Of a stretch of DNA of 64,000 nucleotides, positions 25,018 to 38,200 are shown piece by piece. The notes beneath the pieces were generated by a model, which worked only from the letters and a program-made list of their open reading frames with translations, was not told the DNA's origin and did not search any database. The translations under genes were made by a program, and so were the position numbers. This DNA comes from Phallusia mammillata (Eukaryota). Positions within the stretch are counted from its first letter, which is position 1. Every line of letters starts with the position of its first letter. Location of the stretch: contig OZ281495.1 in the NCBI GenBank assembly GCA_965637545.1, positions 31,868,001 through 31,932,000 on the forward strand, in the 5' to 3' direction.

Positions 25018-26547
25018 ATGGATACCAAGTTGCTGATTCTGGAGGCGTGCGTTGGCGTCTGTTCCCTGGTTGGAATTTACATAGCACTGGTGCTCTCGTG
25101 GTTTCAGTGCAAAAAACGGAAACCGCCAACTCCACTCGAGGTTCCCAACATACTTACGCCAGAGACATCGTTCCACAGTGAAAAGAAAGAGCGTCATGGC
25201 GAGAATGGAAACGGCACAAATGGGCGAAATACTGTTCAAAACGGCTCCAACGGACGTCGTAGGCTTCCCACCGGACAACAGGACTTGCAGACCCTCCGAC
25301 ATGGAAGAACTGTACAAAATGGTTCTAACGGACGTCGTACGCATGCAAATGGACAACGTGACTTACAGAGCCTCCAAAATAGAAGTAACTCTCTCCGCAA
25401 CAGCTCAAACGGACGTGGTACTCTTCCTAATGGACAACATGACTTGCAGACCCTCCAAAATGGGAGTAACTCTCTCCGCAATGGAACAAATGGGCAACAA
25501 ACTGTTCAATATGGTTCCAATGGCCGTCGTAGCCTTCCCAACGGACACCGTGGACAACCACCACAACAAGGGGATTACACTAGAGGGCCGCATCCCTCAG
25601 AGCATCGTCAGGATCATGTTCTAAGGCGTCCGACAACACGCCAAGCAATCCCAGTCACAACTAACCACGTCGTCGCTCTGCAGCGCTTATGTCTTTGCGC
25701 GTCGTGGCTTGTGCTGGTGAGATACGGTATGGAGCACGCAGTCCTCATCTTAGCAACCACCGAATCCTTCTCCTCCATCAGCTGTGAGATCATCCTCCGG
25801 GTCCACATCGTCTTTTACGTGGTCCCTCTCACTCTGCAGTACATCTTCCTCTGGATGAAACAACGCGTGCTGTATCTCAACCCAGTGTTGCGTCACAATA
25901 GCTGGGGATGCACCAGTTGCGTTAGTTGGCTGGTGATCATTATTTTCATCGTCAGCGAAGCCGGATCGGTCGCCATGTTCATGATCAGTGAGAAGTACGA
26001 AAGAAATCTGACAGCGAATGCAACAGCAAACTTCACATGGGCGCCATGTGTTCCAATGCAAACAGGAGTGCTTCAAGACTTTGCACCGTGGCTAGTGCTT
26101 GGTCTACTGGCTTTGTTTTTTCAAGCTCTGTTCTTTGCTTTGTTTATCCAACCTCTTGTGTGCAAGGCAAGAGCAATCAACGTGGTAGAGATGGCAATAC
26201 GACGCCACCAAACGAAAAGCGTCTTCCCAAGAATTAAACGAGTCTTTCTGGTGTCAAGCACGAGTGCGATTACAGATCTGATCGCTATTGTAGGCTCAAT
26301 GGCTGCCGGTGACCTTTACATCTCACTTGTAATCCTGGATTTCAACCTCCTCATCAATCAGATATGCCTCGTTCTCTCCTACCAGTCGTGGAAGATTAGA
26401 TTCTTCCCTATGTGCTGTGAGGAGCCTCCGGAAGAGTCCCTTTTTTCGATGGGATTTCATAAAGATTCCTCCACGAGCAACGGAGCAGGATCTTCTAGGA
26501 GTCCGACATCTTCAACATCCACAGGAGTGGAGGAAGTCTTCGGATAA
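25018..26547 (+). CDS. Intronless orphan 7TM (GPCR-like) protein B, 509 aa, paralog of 17396-18520, with a repeat-expanded ICL1
   Basis: First ATG at 25018 (the track ORF starts at a TTG). Shares LCLxA..R...E (TM2), C.. ILRxHI and YxxLWxxQRxLY (TM3), and WxxRxFP (after TM7) with protein A. The loop between TM1 and TM2 is about 185 aa of NGSNGRR/DLQTLQ repeats. Confidence 0.88.
   Translation: MDTKLLILEACVGVCSLVGIYIALVLSWFQCKKRKPPTPLEVPNILTPETSFHSEKKERHGENGNGTNGRNTVQNGSNGRRRLPTGQQDLQTLRHGRTVQNGSNGRRTHANGQRDLQSLQNRSNSLRNSSNGRGTLPNGQHDLQTLQNGSNSLRNGTNGQQTVQYGSNGRRSLPNGHRGQPPQQGDYTRGPHPSEHRQDHVLRRPTTRQAIPVTTNHVVALQRLCLCASWLVLVRYGMEHAVLILATTESFSSISCEIILRVHIVFYVVPLTLQYIFLWMKQRVLYLNPVLRHNSWGCTSCVSWLVIIIFIVSEAGSVAMFMISEKYERNLTANATANFTWAPCVPMQTGVLQDFAPWLVLGLLALFFQALFFALFIQPLVCKARAINVVEMAIRRHQTKSVFPRIKRVFLVSSTSAITDLIAIVGSMAAGDLYISLVILDFNLLINQICLVLSYQSWKIRFFPMCCEEPPEESLFSMGFHKDSSTSNGAGSSRSPTSSTSTGVEEVFG
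25200..25560 (+). repeat. Degenerate coding tandem repeat (NGSNGRRxLPNGQxDLQxLQ) within 7TM-B ICL1
   Basis: Recurring caaaacggctccaacggacgtcgt and ggacaaca(t/g)gacttgcagaccctcc units. Confidence 0.85.
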
Positions 26548-29206
26548 CTAACACGTGGTGTGACCTTTATTTGACCTTGTTGTGCGGGAGAACACGTGGC
26601 AGGAATTGATAAGGCAGCAAAGATGCGAGAGGTCCAATTAAGCTGTGACACGCTTGAAGTCCGAATGAGGCGTTGCAGGACTAGGTCACGATTTAAACTC
26701 GCTGGAGTTTCGGTTCAGTAAATGCGGAGGGAGAGAAATTTAAAACGGTTTAAACGCATTTTTACTGTCACGTTTGGATTCGAATCAATTGTTTTCGGCT
26801 TGAAATGAACTGTAACAGGTAAAATCGGTTGCGCCCTACACGTTGTCTCATCGCTGAAATGCAGAAGTACATGATTTTGTTTCGCTGACACACTGCTTTA
26901 AAAATTCACCAACAAAATATGAGAAGGCATAATCTTATCTAAATCACCGACCGAAATAAATGATATATGATAAAATCAAAAGAGCATTACGACTCCAGTT
27001 TTTGTTTCTTTATATTTGTTTAATTGCGTATTTGTTATGCCCGTTTTGTATAGTTCCGATTATTACTGAGTTTTGTTGTACTTTGAGAAGTAGAATGTAT
27101 GTTTTCGTGTAAAACAAAAAACGTCTCAAAAACGTAGCCATATTGTTTTTCATTTTAGATGTTTCTTAGAGCTTCACTCGGTAACAACATTGCGTGTAGT
27201 TATTTAGTAAACATGAAGGTTTCTACTATGGAAAGACCAATAAGTTACATTTCGTTTCTCGTTTTTTTTTCAGTGTTTGTTTTGTTATACATACCGTTAC
27301 TCGTACTTTTGATATATGCGCTGTAATAAATGTCGCTTTGTTTTTTCCTGCTGTGGTTGACATGGGGATGATATGCACGACCAGTTTACACGCGAGGTTT
27401 TTGGCCTGTTTATGTTGTACATAGCACATGATATAGACAAATTGACGGTTTAATGTCTGTCTATTGTCAAGCAAAAATTCAACACATTTGCGGGAGTTTA
27501 AGCTGTTAATTGACATGCGCTATCAATCAACAGTTTCGAAGGCCTATTTTTAGACACACATTGCTATTCTTCTATTTTGCAAAATGTTGACTGGTACTGT
27601 GTTAAAATCCTTTTTATTGAGCTTCATGAAGCAAAAATTTTGGCAAACTTGTTTGTGAAACATGATACAGAACGGGTTTTGTGTTGTCCAGCAAAATTTG
27701 TTTGAATACAGCTGCTTGCAATTAAATTGTGTTAAAGCTAAAATAGTTTACTGGTATATGAAGGGCTTAATGGTATTTATGCTTCAAAATGTCAGTGGTC
27801 AAGCAGAAGTCATAACGTTTCAGACATAGGAAGATAAATCCTAAACACATGTTTATCAGACCTAGCAATTTATTCGCGCAGCTTGTCAAAATTACTTCGA
27901 GGAAATGAAGGATTGAAGTTGTAGTGAAACAAATCTTGTGTGTCAATCACATAGATCCAACATCGGTAGATTCATTGAAGGAAACATTTAGCGGTTCGTT
28001 GCACGTGAGGGAAACAATTCAACTTAAATTACATCCCAAAATTCAACTTTATCCGCATAGGTTTTCTCCTTTTTAACAATGTTTGTCGTTTTGCTCATGG
28101 ACGAGCTGTTAGTGGGTATTGTTGCGTGAATACTATGTGCAGAAGTTGAAATATTTTACCGTTGTTTTGAAATCAAGTAAGATAAAATACCGTTTTGTGT
28201 AGGATAACAAGTAACAAGTTTTAGTAAAATCCTAGAGATGGACAAAAAAATTGACAGATTGTTACAAACCCTAGTAATTATTTCTTTCCGAAGTCCTTCA
28301 AAATTTTGAAGGTTTGGTGGATGTGTTTACATCGGTAAACGACGATTAGTGATTAGCGCTTGGCTATCGCTTGCCCTGGTAATAAATAAACCAAACACAT
28401 GATTAAATCTATTAAACCAAGTCCAAAAACGGCCAAACGGACTTGGCAAATCACAAGAAACGGAGTTTGTTTTATTTTACAATCGTCACGTCCCGGTAAG
28501 CACAGCAATGGAGGGAGTAACAATTATTTGCCGCAAACCATCCAGCAGCAGTTTCTCGTCGTGCGATGAAGTTGTTTACGTTCAAAATGCTCGTCACGCA
28601 TCACTGAGCAGGTTTGTGACGTCAGTGATCATTTTTTCTTTGCCACCTCGACGGGCGACGATTGTTGGGGGCAGGCTTCTTGAAACGGGAAGTGAGTGAA
28701 GGCGGTGTGTTGTCGGGTTTAAGGGTTTCCTGGAAATATAAGAGACATTCTGAAACACTATATACCATAATCTGATCTTGAGTTGAATGACGAATATAAC
28801 GACTCAAATAAACGTAAAAAGCGACAGGTTTTATTATTCAGACGCAAATGTTTATGTCGTCATCATTGATATGGCGGGCTACATCAGTCACTCCCGTTTA
28901 TGAACACTCGAGTCACATAAAAGGTTGATAAAAAGGTCCGAAACAAGCGTCGAATAATAAATGATTCGTGCGTAAAACTTATGAATTCGGTTATATTGAA
29001 GTTGATTTGTAAAAACACATGGCTTTACACACTTTTTAGGGAATACACAAAATGGATCTTAAAATCCGTTTAAGACATAACCTAATTAAACTTTTAAATA
29101 TGCAAAATTTAAACGGGTTGAGAAAAAAAGTGTATAAATGCTACATGTAAAATTTTGTCACAACATTTTTTTGTAAACGTACTTTTCCCATTTAATGATT
29201 ATGTAG

Positions 29207-32200
29207 TTATACTTTACTCACCTCTGACAATTCTCGCATGCTTTTGGCTCGACCAATTGTAGCCGGCGAACTGCTATCCCAGAAATCGCCCATTCCTTTC
29301 ATTAAATCTTCATCAAAATCAGCTTCGTCTTCTTCATCACTTCTTCTCGTGGACCCAATAGGTTGTGTCTCTGATCTCTTGTACCTCCTGCTCCTGGGAT
29401 TCTTAGGACCTTCAGAGAGGATCTTCTCCAGGTTGAGCTTCTTCTTCATCATGTCTTCACTCATCATCCGTCTTCCTGGAGGATTTCCCAGAGCCGACTT
29501 TCCGGGAGTTTGATCCTCTTCCTTCGCGATCACCTTCTCTCTCCACGTGACTGGAGGATAATCCCCTTCTCTTGTTCCTGACACCCACGAGAGTCGTTTC
29601 TTTGGCTCCGCGGTCTTCTGTCGGGAAAAGGTCGGACCACCTGAGCCTTCTGCATTGTTCCTGAACTTCCGAATTTGTTCCTGTTTGAGGGAAAACCTTC
29701 CTGGTACCCCACGAATAAAATTCTCCTCACTTTTTTTAACGTTAAACTTTCCGACAAGAGCAGACACTGACTGATTCTCCTCACTGGTGGGAGTTGAAAC
29801 TTGCTCTTCTGATTTCTTTCTCGTGTTCATTTTTACATCCGGGGATCCGGTTGATTCCTCCGGGATCTGGTCATGTGACCATCTCAGATCCACCATGCTT
29901 GTGTGATAGCGTGGCTTTGGCATCACACAGGGCATTGTCCTTCTCCGTGTGTCGCTTTGTGAGGAAGTTGTCGGTGAGGCTTTGGATAAAGTGAGCGACG
30001 CTGTCGTGGTAACTGTATTAGGAGACTTACTTTCATCCTTGATACTAGGACTTGTTTCTCGTTCCAATTCATCCTCGCCACTGTAACCATCTTCAACCTC
30101 TTTGCCTTCTCGAACCTTCGGACTTCCACGGGAACTTTTTCCTTCCGATATTGGACTCGCGGTTTCTGTCGTGTTCTTATCTTCCAAAGCCTTAATCTCG
30201 TTCTCAAGCAACTTTCGTTCGAAATGTTTCACAATCGACGGTTTCTTCTGACTGAATTGCGATTGTCGAAACCGAGAAAACAAATTCTTCATCTCCAGGG
30301 AGTTATCCGTTTTGCTTCGTGTGTATCTCCTCATTCTTGACTTCGGCTCCTTCTTTACTTCCTCATTGGGGGAGCTTCCTTTCTTTCCTTTCCGTTTGTT
30401 CCGTGATTTGGTTTTATCCCCTTTTTCCTCCATATTATCTTCAGATGATGAGCTCAACCTTAAATCCTTGTCTCCTCTTCTTAAAGATGAAGACCTCGTT
30501 CTTTCGCCCCTCGACTTAGATCCATTCTTTCTTTCAGGACTTTTTCCATCTTCCTTTTCCGCGTGATCCTTTGGGGTGTCGAGGAAGGAAAGCTTCTTTT
30601 TGATCCAGTTTTTCCCACTTTTATCTTTGCTCACCTTCTCCCGTTGATAAGACACCGAACTCTCATTCGGTTTTACAGAGGCCAAAGCCTCTACGTCACG
30701 CCCTAAAGGTAAGTGACAGGCTGTTGCATCTTTGATATTCCCACTAGATCTTCTTCTTCTTGATGTAGATGTCACAGGAGCAACGCTAGAGTCCAACTCC
30801 GAGCCTCCGGATGCAAGAGGAGAACCTTGCCTCTGGAATCGAGGATCAGTGATCACTCGGAGGACATTTCCGCTCGCATCCTTCTCAATAGTGATGCTGG
30901 GTTTCGGTCTGACAGGAGGAGGAGGAACTTCTTCCACATTTATTGAAGGAAAATCTTCTTTTCCCGGAGGCGTTTCCACCACAAAGTCATCGGGAACATC
31001 CTGGCTGCTTGATCTACTGATGTTGTTTTCCGGAAGATTTCTTGGCGCGCCGAGTTTTTCGTCGCTAGGCGATTTAGTTGATGACGTAGCCTGTCTATGA
31101 CGCATACGTGGGGATGAGGGGAATTTTGAGGAATTTTTGACGTAGCCTTTTTCGGGGTCAAAATAGGGAGTGTGCAAGAAACCCTTCTTGTCTTGTTGCT
31201 GATCATCATCTTGGCTCTGTTTTCGAGGTAAAGCCGCAGCAGCAGGTTGAGCTTCGTGGGATGATTTTTCAGTGTTGTGGAACAAAAGCTTTTGGTGAAG
31301 ATTGGGAAGTTTTTTTGTCGAAGGTTTATCGGAACTTGATGACCCCGGTTTGTAATCGCGGGGAGTCGAGTATCGTTTTTCAACTTTAACAAAATCAGTC
31401 GGAGAATTATTCGGTCGCCTTTTGACTTCACTTCTGGTTGGTAACTCAAACTTCTTCACCCTCGCAAGTTGCGTGTTCTCCCGTTTTAAAGGTGAACCGG
31501 CGGTCACAGAATCCGTGCCGCTTTCCGTGAAGGCGGGAATGCTGCAACTTGTGGTGGGGGTGGATATAAGTGGGCTGTCAACGTCACTGGTCACGTGATG
31601 AGCGGATTGGTTGAGCGAAGTTCGGCGCTGCGGCAAATTGGACGAGTCCTTCGTTCCTGGCACTTTGCACGAGTTCGACCGACCTCTCATCTGGTCTACA
31701 GCGTCTTGTGACGTCACTATTTTCGCGCCCCTCGCATCCGATTGTCTGCTACATCCTGCCACGTCATCGTCGCCTTGTGATGTCACAGACACTTTTCGCA
31801 GATTTCCTTGGGGCGACACCTGGTGGCGGTCACGACTCGAAGCACGCGGTGAGGAGTATGACGTCACAGTCGATTTTGTGACGTTGCCGCTTCTGGGCGT
31901 TGACCGAGCGCCTTCCTTTGATCCTCGGCCTTCTGCGTCCGCATCCATTGTATTGAGGTCATGGCTGATCTTTTCAATCTGCTTTAGCGCCTGAAACATG
32001 AGATGATGATTAATTTGTGATTTACAAGCAGAGTTGTAAACGAGTCTGAAATGGCGACCTGAACCCAAACATACACAAGTCAATAGGCCGACTCAAACAC
32101 GATTTTTTTTTCACCCTGTCCGAGTTCAGTGCGAAATTATAGGTTGACAATAGTGAAATTGCCAGAAAAAAAGGTGTGAAGTCATGTCCGAATCAAGTCC

Positions 32201-35200
32201 GTTTTGTTTAAACTGAAGTCCTTTCATTCGTCCTGAAAAGCCCGGCCCGAAACGTAGAAGTAAAAAGTCTTCCGTTCTTTTTGTGCGGTTTAGTCACTTT
32301 AACTCAGGGGTGTCCAATACGTGGCACGCGTGCCAAAAGTGGCACGCAGAGCATTTGAAATGGCACACAAGCTTTTGCACATTCAAATGGTAAACATTAG
32401 GATTTGTCACGCAATTAAATTTGTTTCTATTGATTCTTCTTGGCCTTTATTCTAACTTCTGTAAAGATTACCAGTAGTAAAGTTACATAACCCAACATAT
32501 AAATTGTTCGTTTTTTGACAAAACTTAAGCCCCGTTGCAAACTGTTTGTATCTTGTGTCGCATAAACATAATAAAAGGTCTTTGGAGTATCATAAATTGA
32601 GCCCGTCACGTTAGGACGTTTACGAAACGGTTTGGAAAAAGCACCAAACATTGCCGCGCCAGTATATATTGTTAAAACTAATTTTGACACGACGGTGTGT
32701 TCGAGTTGGACACCCCTGGTTTTTTACGACCCCAAACAGAGAATAAAAAACTTCTTAGGGGAAAGCATTTTGAAATCTAAATAAAAATGCTAAAAGGGGT
32801 GCCAAATTGCGGTGTAAACAGGAAAAGTCTCAAAATCACTGTGAACGAGGTCAAAAACCTAATAATATGCTTCACATGAAGTAATTTAAATAATGTCGTT
32901 AAACTAAAAAAATGTTTTGAACGAGAACAGTCGCAACTGCAAACCCGACAAATAAAATAACTGAAAAGTAATTGTCATTAGAGTTAAACCCAGCTTAGCT
33001 CGTTGCGAAATGTTTCCATGCACCGTATCAAGGAACAAGTACAGTTTCACCGCAAAGCATGGAAAGCTGCGAAAACAAGCCGTGCTCGCCGCTGCGTGAC
33101 GCGAAAGCATTGTTTTGACGCGTAATTGACCTAAAGGGGAAAAACGTGCCCTCGGTTTGGAGTTGGGCTTGTTTCTCAAACCAACGCGGCGCAAATAACA
33201 TGAGCAGTGGAGCGGATATTTAGGTAAATGCTACAGCGGTTGTTTATTCGAGTCATCGGGGTCGGGAATGTCCATGAATTCGTTCCGACTCGATGCGTGT
33301 TGCGCCTTGTTACAGCTTTATGAGTTTATTTATCGCATTGCGCTAAGTTTATTGGCGCGAATCATTAAACAAAAAATTCGTTGCGATTCAATTCCAAATG
33401 TATTGTTTTGTCGAAAAAAGATAAATCGATCATATATTTTACAACTGATTCTAAAGTTTGGGGCAGGTCTGTATGCTAACTTTAAGCAGTATCGGTATGA
33501 CGTAGTTGTTGATATTCTAGATAAAAAAGCTCTAAAATAATAGTCTCATGGCCATACAATTGCAAAATTCATTTTTTTCACACGCTGTGTAGACATTAAT
33601 TTTTGAAATAACGGTTGTTGTTATTATTTTTTTCTAATTATTGACATTCAACTTTTCCCAAATTACGGACTTCGTTTTGTCAAGCTCCGAAGCGCTTAGA
33701 ATGACGAATAAACTGATGAAAACTTTTTGCAAAACACCGTTTTAAAGCGTAAGGTTGAAGCCTAGACGCTGTAACAGTTATTCTTAGCAATGTTTAGTTA
33801 CAAAACAATTTTATTCCCTACCTCGTCCACTGTTTTTTGGAAGTGATTGTATTTCGTCTCTCCTGGACTTTTCGTGTCTGACTCGGCACTGCACTGCTGG
33901 TGTTGGTCGGGACTTTTACGCGTCTGCAAAACAAGGCAAGATTTGAAACAAAGTGTAACAGAGCGACTGCGTGAAACCTAGAATGCAAAACATAATAGCT
34001 AAAAATGCGTTCCAGTAAAAAGTAAACTAATTTGTCAAACTTAAATTGTTTTTATTGGCCATCAAGCGACAGTTAAAAGACAATGAGGGTTGTCCACAGA
34101 CAGCTGGACTAGTTAACGTGCTTTGTTTATGTCGTCATAAACGTGATGCGGTTTATCACATGGAAAGGTGCGAATCTATTCCTGTGTACGTGACCAACGC
34201 ACGAACGATCCACTCTGGAAACACGGAAACGCTACAAATCCCAAGTGGGTTTAGAATGTTGTTGTTGTAGTGGTGGCTGGGCGAAGTCGTACACCAACAA
34301 GTTTCTAGTATTGGGACAGGGAAAACTTTGAACTAAAAGTGGTTCAATCAACTGTTTTTCGTATTACCATGTCTAATTTCTAAGATCAATTTAGTGGTAA
34401 CATTACATGATATTTTCAATTCTTTACGTCTGTCTTATAATCACTCAACACCAAAGATCCACTGTTATATGTTGCATTGGGAACAGACACGGAGTGTAGC
34501 TTGATTAAAAGTAAAACTGCAAAAAGTTTTAAATTTCAGGAATTCATATGATAACAGCGATTGTTGAAATGACTTCAATACGATTGTATTCTTTATTTAC
34601 AAGTTTCCGGGCAGTTTTGTACTAGAAGTTCGCACAATAGCACATATTGCATTCTCAAAAATAAATATGATTGGCACGTTTTAAAGCTAACCGTTGCAGT
34701 AACTAGTATCAGGTTTTTTTTTAAGGTTTGGTTTGGGTGACCGCTAAGTAGTTTTAAGCATAGCGAGAAACAACCATTACTTTTCTACTGTAGTTGCAAG
34801 CCTAAATTTTGGGAAACCGCTGGAGAAATTTGGGGGACCGTTTCGGTCCCCCAAAACACCTTAAAAAAACACTGACTAGTATAAATTTACTATATTTGAG
34901 ATGGCCATTAGCTCCACAGCTATACGCAATGCAGGCAAAATTCAATGTTAAATATCAATTTGACATTACCATAAATTACAGTTACAGCTGTTTGCATATC
35001 GTATGTTTTGTTTAAGAAATCTCAAACTCACAAATTGTCCCGTTGTTTTTTCTTCATTTGCAGATGATCGCTCTTCCGAAACAGGTGACGTCAAATAAAC
35101 TTGGTCATCAGTGACGGGCGACACCACGTGACTTCCGTGAAGAGGGAAAGCCCCGGATTGAAGTTGACGACTTTGTTCTTGGAGCTGAAAACAAAGTTGA

Positions 35201-38200
35201 ATATCAAAAAAGTTTAGACCTCTTTCATTTTTTGTTTAAAGATTTGATATTGTAAATTTTTGCTTCGTTTATTTAACGTTCTTCGGACTAAATGTCAGTT
35301 TAAAAAAAGTTGTGACTGTCTAAAATCTTGAAAAAGTGTTTTATGAAAACTGATCAGTAACTTAGTCCGAATATTTTACACGACTTTGCATTGCACATGG
35401 GCATGCCACAGAACTGTGGGTTGGGCCTTAAGGTTGAATAAAACGAGCTTCAGTTTACACTGGCTCATATATTTTACCGTAAAAAATGAATCAAAAATTC
35501 GATTTTCGCATCTAAATCTGGTTTTATTTAAAACAAATTAAGTTCGGGCCCGCTTATAACTCTGGAGTGCTGAAATTGTTGGCCAGCATGAATACTAATT
35601 TAATAGAAGCCACAAATCCTACAGCTATTATATTTTTCCAGCAGAACTTGTAAACTTAACTCAAACACGGGTCCGCTCTTGAGTGGCGTTATTATCGGTA
35701 AGCATGAACACCTAACCACTGTTTCCATCTAATATTTGTTAAAACAAAAGAGAAACCTCACCGCTTCGATCTTTTCCAGCATCACTTGTCTCGTCTTATC
35801 CCAGTTCCTCCTCTCGCCGTCGAGGGACTCCACGACTTTTTTCTTCTCCTCCTCGAAGAATCGCTGCTGTTCCCGCATTTTTATCCGGAGCTCGGTGTTC
35901 GACAGTTCCATGGTCGTCAGGTGACGCTCGTGAGCGGCTAGTTGCTGTTTGAGCGAGTCGATTTCGTGGCTCGATGATTGGCGTTGATGCTGATTGTGAC
36001 TGGTGTGAGACTCAAGCTGTAAAGGTCGGTGGGTTAAAAGCGGTTTGATCATTTGTTCTTGCGATAATACCTATAACTTACTTCTATATGTAGGGACAGC
36101 TTATTATATATATAATACATAAACCCAATAATGTTCTTCTGGCAAATGTATTATTTTAACCAACGTTTCAACGTCCTATTCTGGTCGACTTCATCAGGTT
36201 AATAACACTCCGATCGTCAAGTTAAACCAAAATTAAACCAAACCAAAATGGGACCAAAACCTTTTGGAGGTAAAAAATAGATTTGCCAGAAGAGTATTAT
36301 TTAGATGAAATATTTATTAACGATTTGAAGTAAAGGAGTAGTATTAGGTCATTTAGTGACAGTGCATTCAGGAAAGATTGCGTAAAAGTGTTTTTAAAAC
36401 CTGACACTTATTTATATGACAACCACCCAACTTAATTACAAACCAAAAACAAACAACGGCCACAAAAATTCATGTTTGTACATTAACGATGAGCAGAACA
36501 TCTCCATAAAAAGAAAAAAAAACATAACTTAGCTAGACAAACGGCACAAGGAAATCAAGTGCTCAACGTTTTGAAGAATTCCCCTATTAACTGAGGCTGT
36601 ATATATACATTACGTATATGCAAGTCTCTGTGACGAAATTAATTCCCTAGTGGATTTTTCACTATCTGTCCCATAGGAGGTCACATGTTGAATGGGTACA
36701 AGATGTCGGGACAACTTGAGACAATTTATTCTAAGCCCAATTTAGATAAAGTATATATATGCTGACGTGACGTTGGTTGTTGTTTACGAAGTGAAATGAG
36801 GTAAACCAGCGTCGAAAATAGTTTTTTTTTTTTTGAAAGAATAGTTTCTTAGCTTTATACATGTAGATCCGTAGACAAATAAGACAGTGTGTAATTAATA
36901 TTTTGTGAATTTTACTGCATCTGTGTTTTCGGGGCACGGAATATCAGGTTGAACTTAGATGTAAAACCCAAATTACTAAGGCCATGAAGAATGTGAAAAC
37001 CCATTTACAATTTAAACCAAGTTTTTTTTTTTTTTTTAAACCTAGCAATATCGGCCTACTGTAATCCATAATTATTTTAAATTACGTTCCCTCAGATCAT
37101 AGCATCGTATTTTATTTTTACACATGATACGTTGAACTCGGGACCGATTCTGTAATTGCCAATATACAAAAGCTTTTACTAAGTTGGTGCTTGGTTGATT
37201 TGACTTTGTTTCTATGCCAACATGTTTCATGCTAATGTTTAAAAGTAAATCGTTTTTATTAGACCTAAATAGACAGCTTTTTCCCCGCTTCGAACCCAGG
37301 ACGCTCCCGAAGACAAATCCAGATGAAGATTCTGCAGACAGTGCACACTGTTTTGACTTAAATGGTCTCATCAGTGCATCTGGTGACAAGAGCTTGGTTG
37401 CGCAATAAAGCCACTTTACAGCACCCTGTATGTTGGGTGCACTGTCTGCAGGTTTTATCATATATTGGCACGATGCACTAAAATACGGATAATATAGTTT
37501 TTTGAGCAATAGGTTTAGGAAAATGTTGATGTAAACAACAATTACCACCAGAAACCCTGCGGCTGCATATTTTGATACAATCGGTACTTCATAACAAGTT
37601 TAAAGAGCTTTTCCGGCAAATGTGATTTTATTCCGACGTTTCAACGTCCTATACAGGTCGTCTTCTGTGTTATTTACCCTGATGAAGGCGACCTGTATAG
37701 GACGTCGAAATGTCGGAATGAAATCACATTTGCCAGAAGAGCTATTTAAACTTGATTCTATGCCTGGTAGCAATAGCTTATATAAACGGTACTTCATAGG
37801 TTTACTTATTTACGTTTCTTATGATCCGCAGCAATTCATCTTTCTCTGCATCCCAGATCTCTCTCATCCTCTCATGGTCGGATTGCGCATCCGCTCTCTT
37901 CTTTTCTTCACTCCTCAACTCAACCCGGAGCTCCTCAAGGATTTTCTTCAGGTCAACCAAAATCCTTTTGCTCTCGTCAGCCTTAAAAATATATATTGCA
38001 TTGCTTAGATGAAATGTGATTTACTTTTATCATATTTGACAAAAGATTAAAATAATAAACAGGGGATAACAGTTTCCAGAATGGATTTAAAGTAAGTAAT
38101 AAAGTCAAGAAAAAGAACCAATAGAGTAGTTTCTGTCAAAACTGTTTGCAGTGGCCCAAACAAACAGCTGTTTAAACTACTATGTTTATTGAAAAAGCTG

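Noticed and set aside
24976-26076. Alternative-frame and antisense ORFs over 7TM-B
   Set aside because: Produced by the stop-poor coding repeat; the products look non-biological.
10041-26547. LRR gene plus 7TM genes as a split LGR-type receptor or an operon
   Set aside because: The LRR protein has its own TM, tail and stop. The gaps of 1.5 kb and 6.5 kb are far larger than the near-zero spacing described for ascidian operons. Adjacency alone is not evidence.
29238-31994. Overlapping and antisense ORFs over the 958-aa ORF
   Set aside because: Expected shadows of a long low-complexity, GC-richer exon; no domain signal.
31991-32083. 5' extension of the 958-aa ORF as the true N-terminus
   Set aside because: A strong acceptor (atgtttcAG) at 31991 joins six upstream exons in phase 0, so the extension is intronic.
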